Assembly: GCF_009834535.1 (NCBI RefSeq)
Contig: NC_045707.1
Location: 61,320,001 to 61,384,000, forward strand
Source of the DNA: Camelus ferus
Taxonomy: Eukaryota
Direction of reading: 5' to 3'
Length of the DNA: 64,000 nt
The notes beneath the pieces were generated by a model. It did no database searches. It was not told the DNA's origin and saw only the letters and a list, made by a program, of their open reading frames with translations. The stretch's first letter is position 1. Every line of letters starts with the position of its first letter. Position numbers and translations under genes: made by a program. This document shows, one piece after another, positions 1-12,574 of the stretch.

Positions 1-860
1 TGATATTGAGTATATCAGTGTTTTTTATTACTTTTTGATTGTTGAGTAATATCCCCTGAATGTATTACATTATGTTTATTCTTTCTACTTTTGATGGACA
101 CCTGGGCTGTTTCCAGTTTTGCAATATTACAAATGCTGTTATGAACATTCTTATACAAGTCTTTACATAGACAATACTTTTTATTTCTTTTGGGTAAATA
201 CCTAGGAGTAGTATTGCTAGGTTATAGCATAGGTATATGTTTATACTATGAGAACAGCCAGACAATTTTCAATGGTTATACCGTTTACATCCCCACCAAC
301 CTTAGGAGTGTTCTGATTGTTTCACATTCTCGCCAACATTTGGTGTTGTCAGTTTTTTAAATTTTTGCCATTCTGGTGATCATATAGTAAAATTTCACTG
401 TGGCTTAAATTTGCATTTCCCATATGTATAATTAAGTTAAGAGTATTTTCATACATTAATTGACCATTGGTATATCTTGTTTTATGAATTGTCTGTCCAA
501 ATCTTTTGTCTGTTTCTGAATAGGTTGTATGTCTTCTTAATACTGAGAATCTTTTATATATTCTAGATGCTAGTTTGCAAATATTTTTTCCCAGTCCGTA
601 GGTAGTCTATTCATTTCTTAATAGTGTCTTTTGATAAGCAGAAGTTTTGGATGCAGTATAATTTATCAATTTTATCTAGTTGATACTGCATTCTTTGGCT
701 TAACTGTATTATCCTAGGTTTTGTTCTGAAAGCTCTGTGATTTTAGGTTTTATATTTAGGTTTATGATAGGCCTCAAATTAACATTTGGATGTGGTGTAA
801 CATAGGGAGTGATGTTCAGCATTTTCTATATCCAGTTGTTCTAGCACCATTTGGTGAAAA
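1..860 (-). mobile_element. Old LINE-1 (L1M) ORF2 3' region, degenerate
   Basis: The minus-strand translation at 65-265 (YNLAILLLGIYPKEIK...TCIRMFITAF...NWKQPRCPS) matches the L1 ORF2 C-terminal motif YDPAIPLLGIYP...TCTRMFIAALF..W.QP.CP. Frames are broken. Confidence 0.93.
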
Positions 861-869
861 ACATTTCAT

Positions 870-1320
870 CACCCAGTGCGTTTTATTAACGTTTAATGTA
901 ATTGTTGACATGGTTGGATTTAGGTCTACCATTTCGTTTTCTGTTTTCCATCTGTCTCCTCTGTTTTCCTTTCCTATTTTCCTTTGCTTATTTGAATAAT
1001 TTTTAGAATTTCATTTTAATTTACTTACTGACTTTTTGGGGATACCTCTTTGCCTTCATTTTTATTGGCTGCAGTAGGAATTAAAAAATACATCCTTAAC
1101 TTTTTACAGCATATTTATAAAGTAAATATTATATCACTTCACATTACATAGCAGTTTTGTAACAATAGGGTATATTTCCATTTATCCCCACTCCACTCAG
1201 TCCTTTATGTTATAATTTTCATTTGTATTACATATATTTTTTTTCTAAACCCTATAAGACAGTGTTTCAAATTTTGGTTAAACAGTGATATGTATTTTAA
1301 AGAAATTAAAAGAAAAAATG
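870..1320 (-). mobile_element. Second degenerate L1M fragment
   Basis: T-rich sequence 'tttaatgtaattgttgacatggttggatttaggtctaccatt' resembles antisense old L1M. Confidence 0.6.
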
Positions 1321-1951
1321 TTTTGTATTTACCTACATGGCCAATCAATTCTAAGATCTGTCAAGTCTTTCTTTGAAAGTGTATTTTATAGCATTGTGTT
1401 TCTCTTTATTCTATTGTCTTGTTTGTCCCTACAATACCTCATGAATAAATGATATCTCCTAACGAATCACCTTTCCTTCAGACTCCCTGTTCTCAAATTT
1501 TCTCTCCCAAACATTGTAATGAGAAATGAAGTGGCAATGAGGAGTCCCTGAGCTCTTCGTTGCAGTAGAAAATGAAAGTCAATATGTAAAATCTAATCCA
1601 GTGAATGGCCTCAGACTAGAGCCTGCCTAAAGACGATTTTATATTCTATGCATTGCCTTTTGTTGGGCCTTGCACAAAGAAAGCACTCAATGAATATTTA
1701 TTAGATTGTTGGATGAACAAAGAAAGTCCTTTTTTTCTTACCCACAATGAAGGAGAACCTGTGTTACTGAAACAAAGTTACCACTCTGAAAACCAATAAG
1801 GACAACTAAGAGATGTATGTATTGCTTCTCAGTGCATAAACAATAAACAAACAATAGTACTTCACTTTGTACATAAAATAAAAAATGATTGTAGCCAGTT
1901 AAGAGAATCTGATTGGAAAGGGGATGAAAACTTATAAATCTTCCAGAAATC

Positions 1952-1995
1952 TATCATATATCATGTGTCATGTCATATCGTGTCATATCATATCA
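1952..1995. repeat. Degenerate pentanucleotide microsatellite (TATCA/TGTCA)n
   Basis: tatcatatatcatgtgtcatgtcatatcgtgtcatatcatatca. Confidence 0.8.
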
Positions 1996-2990
1996 CTCAA
2001 TCACGAGCAGTTTAATTGCAGAATGAAGAAAGCTAGAAGTTGACTTTTTTAAGGACATTAAATTATCACCTAGCATTATTGTCACAAGCATAGTGTCAGC
2101 TTACGAATAAAACAGTACCTGTTTTATTTTCTAAAATATACGAACTGAGATGCCAAATGGTCTTTACTTCTTTTCCCTTTTTAGTTCTTGTTTTCTTTTT
2201 GTGGAAGCAGGTACATTTTATGCTCATTCAGCTAAAATAAACTGCTAAACTTACAAACTGAGAGGAGACTCCTTGAAACAACAGATAGGTGGGGGGGCGG
2301 CAGGTCTCAGATGAACCCAACAGCTGGATTCCTACAACTGTGACCTGTTACGAGAAATGAGCTATGGGGAGCTAAAGAGAAAAGGAGGACAGTTTAATTA
2401 AAACTGGCTTAGGATGGAAACCTTAATGAATTGCAGTCCTGGGGCAGAGCAGATCTAGAGACCCCCAAACCCTAAGGGAGCCGTCAATAATAAAGATGCA
2501 ATTATCCAAACGGATTGCTCACCCTGAGACTTCACTTCTTTCTGATAGTGTCACGTGTTGTTTCCCAGGGCATAATGATTTGGCAGAGAAATAACCTGGG
2601 CAGAGTGTGCTGAAAATAGCTGCTGTATAATTACATTGCTACTTTCTGTAAATCTGATGATGAGGTAATAGCTGATATGCAAAAATTAATCATGCATTCA
2701 GAGAGTTCTATATTAAATGTCACATGAGTAAAATTTCCACTCAGTAGATACAACCTCTGGGAAACTGAGTTCAAAAAACTAATTATGGATAAAAGAAACC
2801 AGACTTGCCTTTAAGTCTACAGTGCCATTCTCATTAGATCAAGGGGAATTTTCAGTCTGCTGAAAGGACACAGCCTCATGCTTCCCCTGCAGTGTCCTAA
2901 AGGGACCTGAGGGGTGGCTGGAGGCTGAGTGATCATTCGGGGAGTCTTGCAGGAGTCCCGTGTGTTCATCTTGTTGTTAATTAAAAGCTC

Positions 2991-3475
2991 CTGAGTTAGT
3001 TTGCTACGCTTCTGTAACAAATTGCTACCAACTAAGCATTATCATAATAAAAATCTATTATTTTACAATTCTGGAGATAAGACGTCTAAAATGCGTCCAC
3101 AGGGCAACATTACTTCTGGGGAGAATCTATTTTCTTGCCTTTTCTGTCTTTAGGGGTTGTCTTCACTCCTTGACTTGTGGTTCCTTCTCCCATCTTAAAA
3201 GCCAGTGGCATATCATCTTCTTTCCCCTATGACCTCAGCTTCCACCCTCACATCGCTGACTCTGAGCCTCCTACCTCCTTCTTATAAGAACCCTTATTAA
3301 CTATATGAGCCCGCCCGGACAATCCAGGATCCCCTCCCCATCTCAGGATCCTTAACTTAAGCATGCCTGTAAGATCTCTTTTACCAAGGAAGGTCACAAA
3401 TTCTCAGATGCCATATTCACAGGTCCTGGAGACAGAGTGTGAACATCTTGAAGGACAATTATTCGGCTTTCTCTA
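2991..3475 (-). mobile_element. MaLR solo LTR (MLT1B/C-like)
   Basis: Hallmark blocks 'ctgtaacaaattgctaccaact', 'acaattctggagataagacgtctaaaat', 'caatccaggat..ccccatctcaggatccttaacttaa' and 'atattcacaggtcctggaga'. Confidence 0.88.
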
Positions 3476-3569
3476 CCTCCCAAAAGGGCAAAATGACCTG
3501 CAGTAAAAATTGGTGACTTTTAGGAACCAAGGTACAGAGTTCTGGTATTTTCTACTTCCTTGATGTTAT

Positions 3570-3930
3570 GATAGCTGCATCCATTGGGTTGTGTCAGAAA
3601 AACCCTACAGAGAGGATTCAGTAAGGTAAGGCGTTTACCTGTCTCAGACAACAGGGAGCTCAGGCGTAGGCAGTCCACGGTTTCTCATCTTCCTCTTTTC
3701 CTGCTCTGTCATCCTTATGGGACCTCAGGCATCCTCCTAGCTTTACAGGCAGGAGAAAGAAAAGCAGAAGGGGCAGCACTAGCAGGATTCCACTTACGCC
3801 CTGTTCTCTAGAACCAAATAGCAGGGCCCTCCTGCAAGGGAGGCTGGGAAGATGGGTTTTTCACCTTCTGATTTCTGCTTTGGAGGAAAGCAGACATGAA
3901 GGGGGTTGAGTCAACAACCTGCCATACTGT
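3570..3930 (-). mobile_element. Old MaLR LTR (MLT1J/K/L-like), degenerate
   Basis: 'aggcagtccacgg' and 'ctgcaagggaggctgggaagatgggtttt' resemble old MLT1 consensus blocks. Confidence 0.55.
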
Positions 3931-4035
3931 CTACAAAAGCCAAGGAGAATCCTAAGCCTCTAAGTTCCGCCACACCTTACCAATCAGTGACTGGATAAAA
4001 CCGGCTGTCTTATGTTATTTTAAATATGTCCTCCT

Positions 4036-4174
4036 GGGGGAAGGGTATCGCTTAGTGGTAGAGTGCATGCTCAGCATGCAGGAGGTCCTGGGTTCAATGC
4101 CCGGTGCCTCCATTAAATAGATAAATAAAGATAAATCTAATCACCTCCCCTGCCTATTTTTAAATATTAAAAAA
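4036..4174 (+). mobile_element. tRNA-Ala-derived SINE (camelid Vic-1-like)
   Basis: Head ggggaagggtatcgcttagtggtagagtgcatgctcagcatgc, B-box ggttcaatgcc, A-rich tail with ctaatcacctcccc. TSD gtcctcct at 4028-4035 and 4175-4182. Confidence 0.92.
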
Positions 4175-5829
4175 GTCCTCCTGCTCACCCAAATTTTCCA
4201 CAAGAGGCCCCAATAGGCAACTAAAAATAACCAGTGTGTTCACACATGCCCCCAAACTGATGATTTTTAAAGTTATTTAAACAGACCCCAATGATAGATA
4301 TATATATATATATATTTCAGTGACTGAATCATCAGATCATCTCATCACTTTGTAAGAACCTCTTACAGTGCACACCACTTTTCTTTTCCCCTTCCCCGGC
4401 ACAATGGCGGGGGAACTCAGGGCAGCCATCCTGTCCATGTCCATGGTCTCGGTCCACAGTTGTTAGGCTGGGTCAAAAAATCCCGTTCTCCTCTCTGGAC
4501 CCTCCTCCTAAGCCAGAGTTGATGCATTTAAGAATGGACAACTGAAGAAAACTAGCCAGTCTTTTCAAATTGGGACTGAGAGAGAATCAGTCTCTCTCTG
4601 GTTGGCTGAATTATGACACATAAATCAGTGAGCTCTGGATCTCCATGTTTCATATGGTGACTGAGAAACGTATGAAGCTAGTCTTCAGAGGAAATCTGCG
4701 AAGCAGAAGGGCAGACAGAGCACAGACAAAACCCTGCTTCTAGATCATTCTCAGGGCCCAGCCATATTCCTGTGCTCTGTTCGGTTACTGGCCTTTAGTT
4801 TTTGTGAGAATACTGGGGTTAGTTCAATGTAGTGCTCTATCATTTACAACCAGATATAAATGTAGGATGTAGAATTATTACTGGTCCGTAAAAAATTATG
4901 TCTGTAAAAGGACTACTTATGTTACAACAAAAGAAATTACTCTGATTAATCAAAAGGCAGAATTATAACTGCTGGGCTATAATTAATCAAACTGTAGTCT
5001 TACTCTTTCTTCACTAACTCTTAATACATCATACAGTATAGCAAAATATGAGAAAGGATTTGAAATGGCAATAAGAAAAGTCAGGACATATGCATAATAT
5101 TTGGATGAGTGCCATAGATCAAAAAGGAAATGAAGTATTTTACAGAAATGAAATAAGTGTTAATTTCAGACTATTTCCAACCTCTAGGATAAGCTAAAGA
5201 GGACTTGCATGTAATACAAAAAGATTTATTGTCATGTGAAGGTTTGGTTCAGGATTTGCTAAATTTGGAAACTAAGAAAGTGCCATATTTCCATTTCTCA
5301 CAGGAAACCAGCTCTTAATATGAGATGAAAATAACATTATCAATCTTATTTTTAATACGGACTTTAAGATGCTGAAATCTGACAGCTCGGAGACCAATTA
5401 CGTTTCATTGAAACTGTAGCTATAATATAAGGCACTAAAACCTGGGTCTGCAGGGGTGAGAGAGTGTACTATATTACATATTGCATTGCTAATTCATAGC
5501 ACTTCTTCGTAAAACTGCAAGCAGACTTCTTGTTAATGAGCCTTATTCTGCCTCCTCTGGGGATACAGATGGGGTTTTGCTTCCAGCCCTTCTGGAGGCA
5601 AGTAAGGAAATGGAACTGACTAGGTTATAAATCCAGATGAAACCGTCATATGAAGAGATTCTCATCTGTGCCATCTGCTCAGGCTGAGCTGGAGATGAAA
5701 TATAAGGTGTCACTAGCACAGTCCCTGGAGAACTGTCACCAAATGATCTTCCTTCAAATTTGCCTTCAACTTATCACAGGCTGCTTTAGTTCCTTTCTAC
5801 CATGTTCATCGCCCTGTCATCTGCCTCAG

Positions 5830-6410
5830 ATTTCTCCATCCCTGACACCGCTGATCAGCCCTTCCCCTGGGCTGCTCTGACACAGAACTTTCTGGGCACA
5901 CTTCCAGAATTTTATCTGTCTTCTCAGATGCTTGTTTTCCCTCCCTATCTGCTAAATTTGAATATTTTGAAAGCTTTTATCTTTGGCCACCTCTTCCTTA
6001 ATCCCTGTACTTCTCCCTGGAAGAACACATCTACTCCTTCAGTGTCCACTGACATCTTTGCAAATTCCCAAATCCTCTCTTGAGTTTTACTTCTATTCCT
6101 CCACGAGCCAACTGGACACTTCCAACTGGATTGACCCTCCAGATTTAATAAATCATAGACGTCACACATCTTTGAACCCCAAAACGTTTATCCTACTGAC
6201 TTTGCTGATACTATTAATGACACTGCCATATTCAGTATCCCAGGTTTTAAAGATGGAAGTGGCTTTTTATTTTGCCTTCTCCTTCCCTTCCCATTTTAAA
6301 AATTGACAAGTTCTGGCTAGTCTTTCTTAGTAATTTTGCCCCTGTTTGTGCCTTCCTTTTTATTCCACTTTTTACTGCCATAGTTTCAGCCCTTGTTAGC
6401 TTACATTAGA
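5830..6410 (+). mobile_element. L2 LINE fragment
   Basis: Pyrimidine-rich degenerate sequence with L2-like blocks 'ccaactggacacttccaactggat' and 'ttactgccatagtttcagccctt'. Confidence 0.7.
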
Positions 6411-8184
6411 CTGTTCGGGGAATGTTCACTGCTACCATGACGGCTAAGGCTGAGCGTTCCCTTGGATTGCCATGGTTCTCAGCTCCACGACTCAGCCACT
6501 GAATATGCACCAAGGCTTTCCGAGTCTAAGAAATAAATCTCAGGAGACTTTGAACTTGACAAAATCCTGTGCTTACTTGGTCATAGCATCTCAGAGGCCA
6601 GACTCAATGGGAAAACAACAAAGAGGACTTCTTGGTGTTGCTGGTATACTGCGAGGCAGACGTTCTGCTACCTTCTTGTAATTTGGCCATATCAGAATAA
6701 ATGTTTTTCAGTGCAGAGAGGGAGCTTTTAGTGAAACTAAGATACCAGTTACTTGACAGCCTTCAGAGATGTTCGATTAGCATCCTTTTAGCATGGAGTG
6801 TGGCTGTTAGATCTCCCGTCTACCTGCGTTTTCTAATAACACTTATCAGAGAGTTTGGTGGGCAAGTAATGATTGTTTACATGATGAGTAGCCCGCAGTA
6901 AGAACACTGCTACACTTCCTTTCACCTCTCTGCTTTGTACTCTCTGCGTAGAGTAAAAGCAACTCATCAGATGGTTCCTAACCTACCAAATAAAATAGGC
7001 ACCAGAACACATTATGACCAGCAATAGTCAATTTTGGAACATATGCTAGGGTTATCCTTGTGGGACACACCCTCTGAAATCTAACAAAGCCAAACAATTT
7101 CTGGTATTAACTTTGTTTGCAGACTTAATCCTGTAGCTTTCTGTCTGATAAACCTGTTCCTGCATCTTCGGACTGATTCTGCAGTTTGTCTGGGAAAAGG
7201 AGGTTAAGCCTTCATTGCTGAATTAGCTTATGCTTTTTTTTTAACTAGGAAAAAGAACATTTACTAAGAACATGCTAATTATTTATGTATACTAGTATGT
7301 GTGATATAAAAAAAGCCCCATTAATTCAGAAATGGTACTATTTCCTTTATGCAATAGTAAATATCTTATTTTAAAAAATTCTATGTAAGACACAATTCCT
7401 CTGTTCAGATAAAGTTACCTAATTGTTTTAGTGTTCTTGAAAAGTATACTGAAGAGCAATGTAAAACTTGGACTTATAATCTTAATTTTTATTATAAAAT
7501 ACCTTTCATCATATTTGATTACTTCTAAAATCTGGATAATTTTCCAGCCGTCAGGGAGAAGTTAAGTCAATAAGTAGTTGTCAATGACAAGATACAGACA
7601 AATTTAACATGTGTACATGCTGTTAATCATTCAGTTGTCACCTCAGTTAAGAGTTTTGCATGAGTAACATCACACTCTGGTGAATTTTAAATTAAACTCA
7701 AATCCCTAACTGTCACTTAAAATTCTTTGTAAAATTGACATTATTATGCAGTCTTCAAATAGAAATTCTTCTGTATCCAGAAGATCATCCGTTTTGCCCC
7801 CAAGTGATATATTGAATGGCGGTAGAAAGTGTCAAAACTTGGGGAATAGAGAATTTTCTAAGACAGCAAAGATTGGTGTAGCCAATGTAAGCATCATGGA
7901 AGTCTAGTGCCACGGTATTAAACATTCATCTGTTTGAAGGTCCCAGCTGGCTTATAAAACAAGCTATTCAGTTCTCAGTGGTACATCATTTAATTTCTAA
8001 CAGCAAAACTACAAATGTAGCTAAATAAAAAGTTCAGAATGATTCCCTGGTAATATTTAGGATGTCTCCTAAGATTGTGATCAAGCCTATGAAAAACAGG
8101 GTGTCATTATGGTGGTACACATGAGGGTCCAAGAGTGATTTAGAAAAATCTTTATATTCCAAAAGGGAATAAGGCTTAGCCCTA

Positions 8185-8372
8185 TCTTTCTCAGTGTGTG
8201 TTGGTGGACTCCTGGCATCAGAATTCAACTGAGATGCTTGTCTAGAATTGATTGCATCCCTGGGCTCTTCTGCTCATCCTCAAAGTTATAAAATGAAGGG
8301 TGAGGGCAGAAATATGCATTTTAATAGGCTCCCATGATGAGTCTGATGTACCTTACCATTTGAAGACCCTCC
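8185..8372. mobile_element. MER5A/B hAT-Charlie MITE
   Basis: 'tttctcagtgtg..ggactcctggcatcagaattcaactgagatgcttgt' and 'tgcattttaataggctcccatgatgagtctgatg'. Confidence 0.75.
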
Positions 8373-8854
8373 TTAGACTCACAATTTGAGTGTAATCCTC
8401 AGAAAGAAAGTGGAATGCAAATATATGTAGCATTTGTGGTTAATTAAACTAAAAAGAAGACTTGTGAACATTTAATATAATGTTTCTTAAGTAAGAAGAA
8501 AGCTAAAATGGTGAATCCTACAACCAAAGGTATTTCACACTGAAAGAACTATGATATTTTAACAACAGGGAGCATATATTAAAAGGATGCATTTGAGTTG
8601 CTTTATAAATGTTCTCAAAAGAACGATATGATCATGGTCCATGTATAAACTCTAAGCTAAGTCACTCTCGTCACCAAGGCATAAGGTTCAAGATACAGCC
8701 TATGGTTAGAACTGGGAAAACTCAGTTTGCTTGTTCAAGGAAGTGGTCCGAGTCACCTAAGCTGGGGCAAAATATTTAAATACTGTTTAGAAAGTGAAGT
8801 CAAGGGTAACATAGATGTAAATCACCTAGTCAAGCGCCTGGCAGATGCACTCAC

Positions 8855-9030
8855 CCAGGATGGTTTTAACCCTCAGGAGACATTTTTGGTCGTGACACTG
8901 GAGTAGGGGAGAGGAGAGATACTGGCAGCCAGAAATGCAGCTAAACATTTTTGAATGCACAAGATAGACCCCACAACAAAGAACTCCCTGGCCCACAATG
9001 CCAGGAGTGCTAAGATTGCAAACCCTAATC
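8855..9030. mobile_element. MER20 hAT-Charlie element
   Basis: 'ggagacatttttggtcgtgacactgg', 'gccagaaatgcagctaaacat' and 'ccccacaacaaagaact..ggcccacaatgcca..gtgctaagattgcaaaccct'. Confidence 0.88.
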
Positions 9031-9504
9031 TAAAGAAGAACCCTCTGCAACCGCCATTTTTTTTTTTAAGGCTGATTCTGGATTTGGAAAAGAAAAACAA
9101 GAATGAAATATTTATTTGTCTTCAACAATACAGCAAAGCTATTATTTTTTAAATGTGGCAGAGAAGAAGCAAAGTCCTGACACTTCTGCCTGAAGCATTT
9201 TTTTCCCTCATAAAATGAAAGGCATTCTCAGAGTGGCCAGTGATAGTTATGAAAGACCAACATGTAATTGGGAAAACTGAGATTCATTAAGGAGAATGAG
9301 ACAGGAGACAGAAGAGAAAATAAAGGGGGAAATGATGATGAGATGACAGGATGAGAGGGAATGGAAACCCACGATGGAAATAGCAACAATTAGGATCAGA
9401 ACAGAGGCAGACGGACGTCACTACTTTGCTTACCGCAAAGAACTTGTGTCCTGAGGGCTTAAAATAGGAAGACAAACAACATAAAGCACAGCTATGGTCA
9501 TATT

Positions 9505-9640
9505 CTACATTGTCTAATTTAATCTTGACACTAGCACTATGAGATGGATACCAGTGTACCCATTTTCCAGATGAGAAAACCAAAATATAGGCATATTGAA
9601 CTTGGCCAACTGGATTCCTTGGATTCTGCCAAGGAATCTG
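9505..9640 (-). mobile_element. MIR SINE fragment
   Basis: Antisense MIR core 'cccattttccagatgagaaaaccaa'. Confidence 0.65.
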
Positions 9641-9679
9641 AATCTGGAGGGAGGAATGCAAAAACAAAAGGATGTTGAG

Positions 9680-9992
9680 AGATTATTCTTGGAAGCGAGG
9701 GCAGTGGAGTGAGTTGGGAATCCAGTGGCCAGCAGCCCCTGACAGTAGTGCCAACAATGTGGATGGAGTAGTAACTGTGCCCGGCTTGGTGTCCTAAGCA
9801 GATGCTCACGTCAGGGGCTTGGCTTTGTTCTTTGCTGACAAGGTCCCCTTGTTTCCTGTCAGATTTTTAAGCTAATTCCCTAGCATTTTCATCAGGTGAA
9901 TAAAATCCTCATATCCTTCCAGTAATGAATTTTCATCTTAAGTCCATCAGGTCAGTGTCAGTAGTTTGTAAACAAGGAGGCTGACTGGTTCA
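9680..9992 (+). mobile_element. Old ERVL-type LTR fragment (LTR16/33-like)
   Basis: The 3' end 'ttgtaaacaaggaggctgactggttca' resembles ERVL LTR termini. Family uncertain. Confidence 0.45.
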
Positions 9993-10309
9993 GAGCTGGA
10001 AGAAGATGGAGAGCTCTTCAGAGTTAGTTAAATGGCATTTGAAATAAAAATAAAGAACTCTATCATCTCACCTCTCACACTTGACGGACTTGCTCTTCTG
10101 ATCATGAGGTGTTGATTTTATGCTAGGCAAGCAGTGATTCTGCTGGGGGTCCACTGGGTGGTAGGTGGGGGAGCAGGAGCCCTGCAAAACCTTGATGGTA
10201 CTCATCACTGGCCTTCAATGGACTTGCATTTCCTTAAAGTGAAATATTTGAACCCTGTCTTTTAAAACTTGATGTTACTGGCCCCAGCTCATCCTTCCCC
10301 CAGTTCTTC

Positions 10310-10875
10310 TCTTGTCTGCTGCTTCCTTTTGTCATCGTGTCTTAGCCTAAATGCGCCGTCCTCAGAGATGCCTCCTCTGACCACCTAAAGGAGGCTCTCT
10401 CATACCCTCATCTCTTAGACAAGCTCCTTTTGTTTTTCTCAAGAGCACTTACCATTTCTCCAAATCTTTTTTTTTTTGTATATATATTTTTATTGATGTA
10501 TAGTCGATTTACAAGGTCATATCAATTTCTGGTATACAGCACAATACTGTCACTCATATAGTAACATATATATATTTGTTTTCATATTCTTTTTAACCAT
10601 AACTTGCTACAAGATACTGTGCTATACAGTCTAAACTTGTTGTTTATCTATTTTACATATAATAGTATTTGCAAATCTCAGACTCCCAGTTTATCCCTTC
10701 CCACCCTCTTTACCCTCTGATAACCTCCAAATCTTTTCTGATTGTTTGTTTACATGCCCCCTACTCTGCACTCCTGTGTGGCCTTTTCTGTCTTGTTTCT
10801 AACTATATCCTTAGAACCTAAAACAGCTCTGGCATGAGGTGAATATTTTTGGATGGATGACTCAGTGGATGAAGT
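10310..10875 (+). mobile_element. L2 3' end, interrupted by a younger L1
   Basis: 'gtcctcagagatgcctcctctgaccacc' lies before the L1 and 'tatatccttagaacctaaaacagctctggcat..gaatatttttggatggatga' after it. Confidence 0.8.
10471..10724 (-). mobile_element. 5'-truncated artiodactyl-type L1 3' UTR with 13-bp TSD
   Basis: Poly-T followed by 'ttattgatgtatagtcgatttacaa..tttctggtatacagca'. Perfect TSD ctccaaatctttt at 10458-10470 and 10725-10737. Confidence 0.93.
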
Positions 10876-11194
10876 CTATTCTTAGCCTGTCATATACGTT
10901 CTATAGTTTCAAAATAACTGAAACTCGTGCGCTTTGGTATTCTTGTCATGTGGAAATTAATGCCATGTGGATCTGCCTTAATTATTTAGTTGGATACCAC
11001 TTCCAAGTGTTCTTAAAGCAGAGTTTTAAAATTAAGGAGATATAAAATCTTACTAGCTATAATTTCTCTATCAAGGCACTTTTGAAAGAAGTTGAATTGT
11101 GCCGAAAATCCAGTATTTGACCCAAGTCCTCCTCTCTCATAAAACCTATTTTCATTTGATGTAGCAAAATATCATGATGGGAGCCATACAAAAA

Positions 11195-11540
11195 TTGATT
11201 ACTGAGCCCATATAGGTATCAGTGACCATGTTAGTTTCTGGAGAATTAGTTGTGAACAAGTTAAGCACAGTCTTTGCCCTGAGGGAGCCTACAGTTTTGC
11301 AGAGGAACCAGATGAGAAAACTGTTCAAAACCTGCCTGATAAGTGTGGGGACAGATCTGTCCAGAGTTCCATGGGTAGTGCGTCAGCTGGGATGGAGGGT
11401 GGGTGACGGGCAGTGAAGCCATACTTAGCTGAGATCTGCAGGTGAGTTGGCTGAGCCAAGTGGGGGAAGTGGGGACAAGAGGCAAAGGCATCAACAGGTA
11501 TGAAAAGGATTCCCCTGAAGGCATCCCATGAAGACGTCAG
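11195..11540 (-). mobile_element. L2 fragment
   Basis: Antisense L2 3' end 'ttgattactgagccca..gtgaacaag..ctttgccctgagggagcctacagt'. Confidence 0.7.
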
Positions 11541-12404
11541 GCCAGAGTGATGCACACCGACCATACCACACAGAACCAAGATCAGTTAGTGGGTTCTGGG
11601 CCACTGGGGTCAGAAGCAGCCTGTTTCCTTTAGCTAAATTCCTCTCACCATCATTCTGACATGTGTGTGTCCAAATCCTTTCCATCAATGCACAGTTTAA
11701 ACATCACCGCTTCCAGGAAGCCTTTCCTGATGTTCCAGATGGGAGACACTTCTCTCTCCTTTACATTTCAATTGTCCATCACTTTTTTTACAGGCTGCCT
11801 AGACAACCATGCAGGTCGTGCACTGCACAGCTTACCCAGCCACGTGGGGCAGCTCTCCCTAGACGTATATAGATGTGAATGCACCACGTATTTCCCAGTA
11901 GTCTTTAAGCAACTTGAGGACACAATTCTCATTGATTCTATCTACGTATTTCCTTTTGTGACAAAGACATTTCACTGGGTTGATAATCTAATTGTATCAG
12001 TATGAATTTGGAATGTCAATGATCTATTAACTCAGCAAAAAAAAATTAAGAAAAGCTATAAATATATATTTTGGAAAATGGATGAGAACTTGTTCACAGT
12101 GTGTTCTGAACGCTGTTCAGACGTGGTGGGAGTGAGAGACTGACCTGGCCACATGCCGGGAAGCTCAGTTCATTCAGCCACTTCCTTTTCAAATTTCAGA
12201 GTTTGCTTTATGTTGTCTCGTGACTTCATGACTTCAGAGGAGTCACAGGAACCCAATCTATTGAAGTTACTATTGAGTTTATTATCTTTGGTAATTCCTC
12301 AAGTGTGTTGTGCCTCTCCGCTGAAAAGTTGTTCCAGTAATGCATATTTAAAACACGAAATTATTTACACGGAGACATTCTAAATTACAGGAGCTACCTT
12401 ATTG

Positions 12405-12574
12405 TTTTTTTTCTTTTCTTTTCTTTTCTTTTCTTTTCTTTTTTTCTCTCTCCTTCCTTCCTTCCTTCCTTCCTTCCTTCCTTCCTTCCTTCCTTCCTTT
12501 CTTTCTTTCTTTCTGTTTCTTCCTTCCTTCTTTTTCTTTCTTCTTCTTCTTTTTTTTTTTTTTTTTTTTTCTTT
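12405..12574. repeat. Compound polypyrimidine microsatellite (TTTTC)n(TTCC)n(TTTC)n(TTC)n(T)n
   Basis: Directly visible; about 170 bp of almost pure pyrimidine on the + strand. Confidence 0.97.

Noticed and set aside
65..265. ORF with L1 ORF2 similarity as a CDS
   Set aside because: It is a fragment of a decayed L1 and the surrounding frame is broken.
4390..4860. Possible old ERVL LTR remnant
   Set aside because: Similarity is too faint to assign a family or boundaries by eye.
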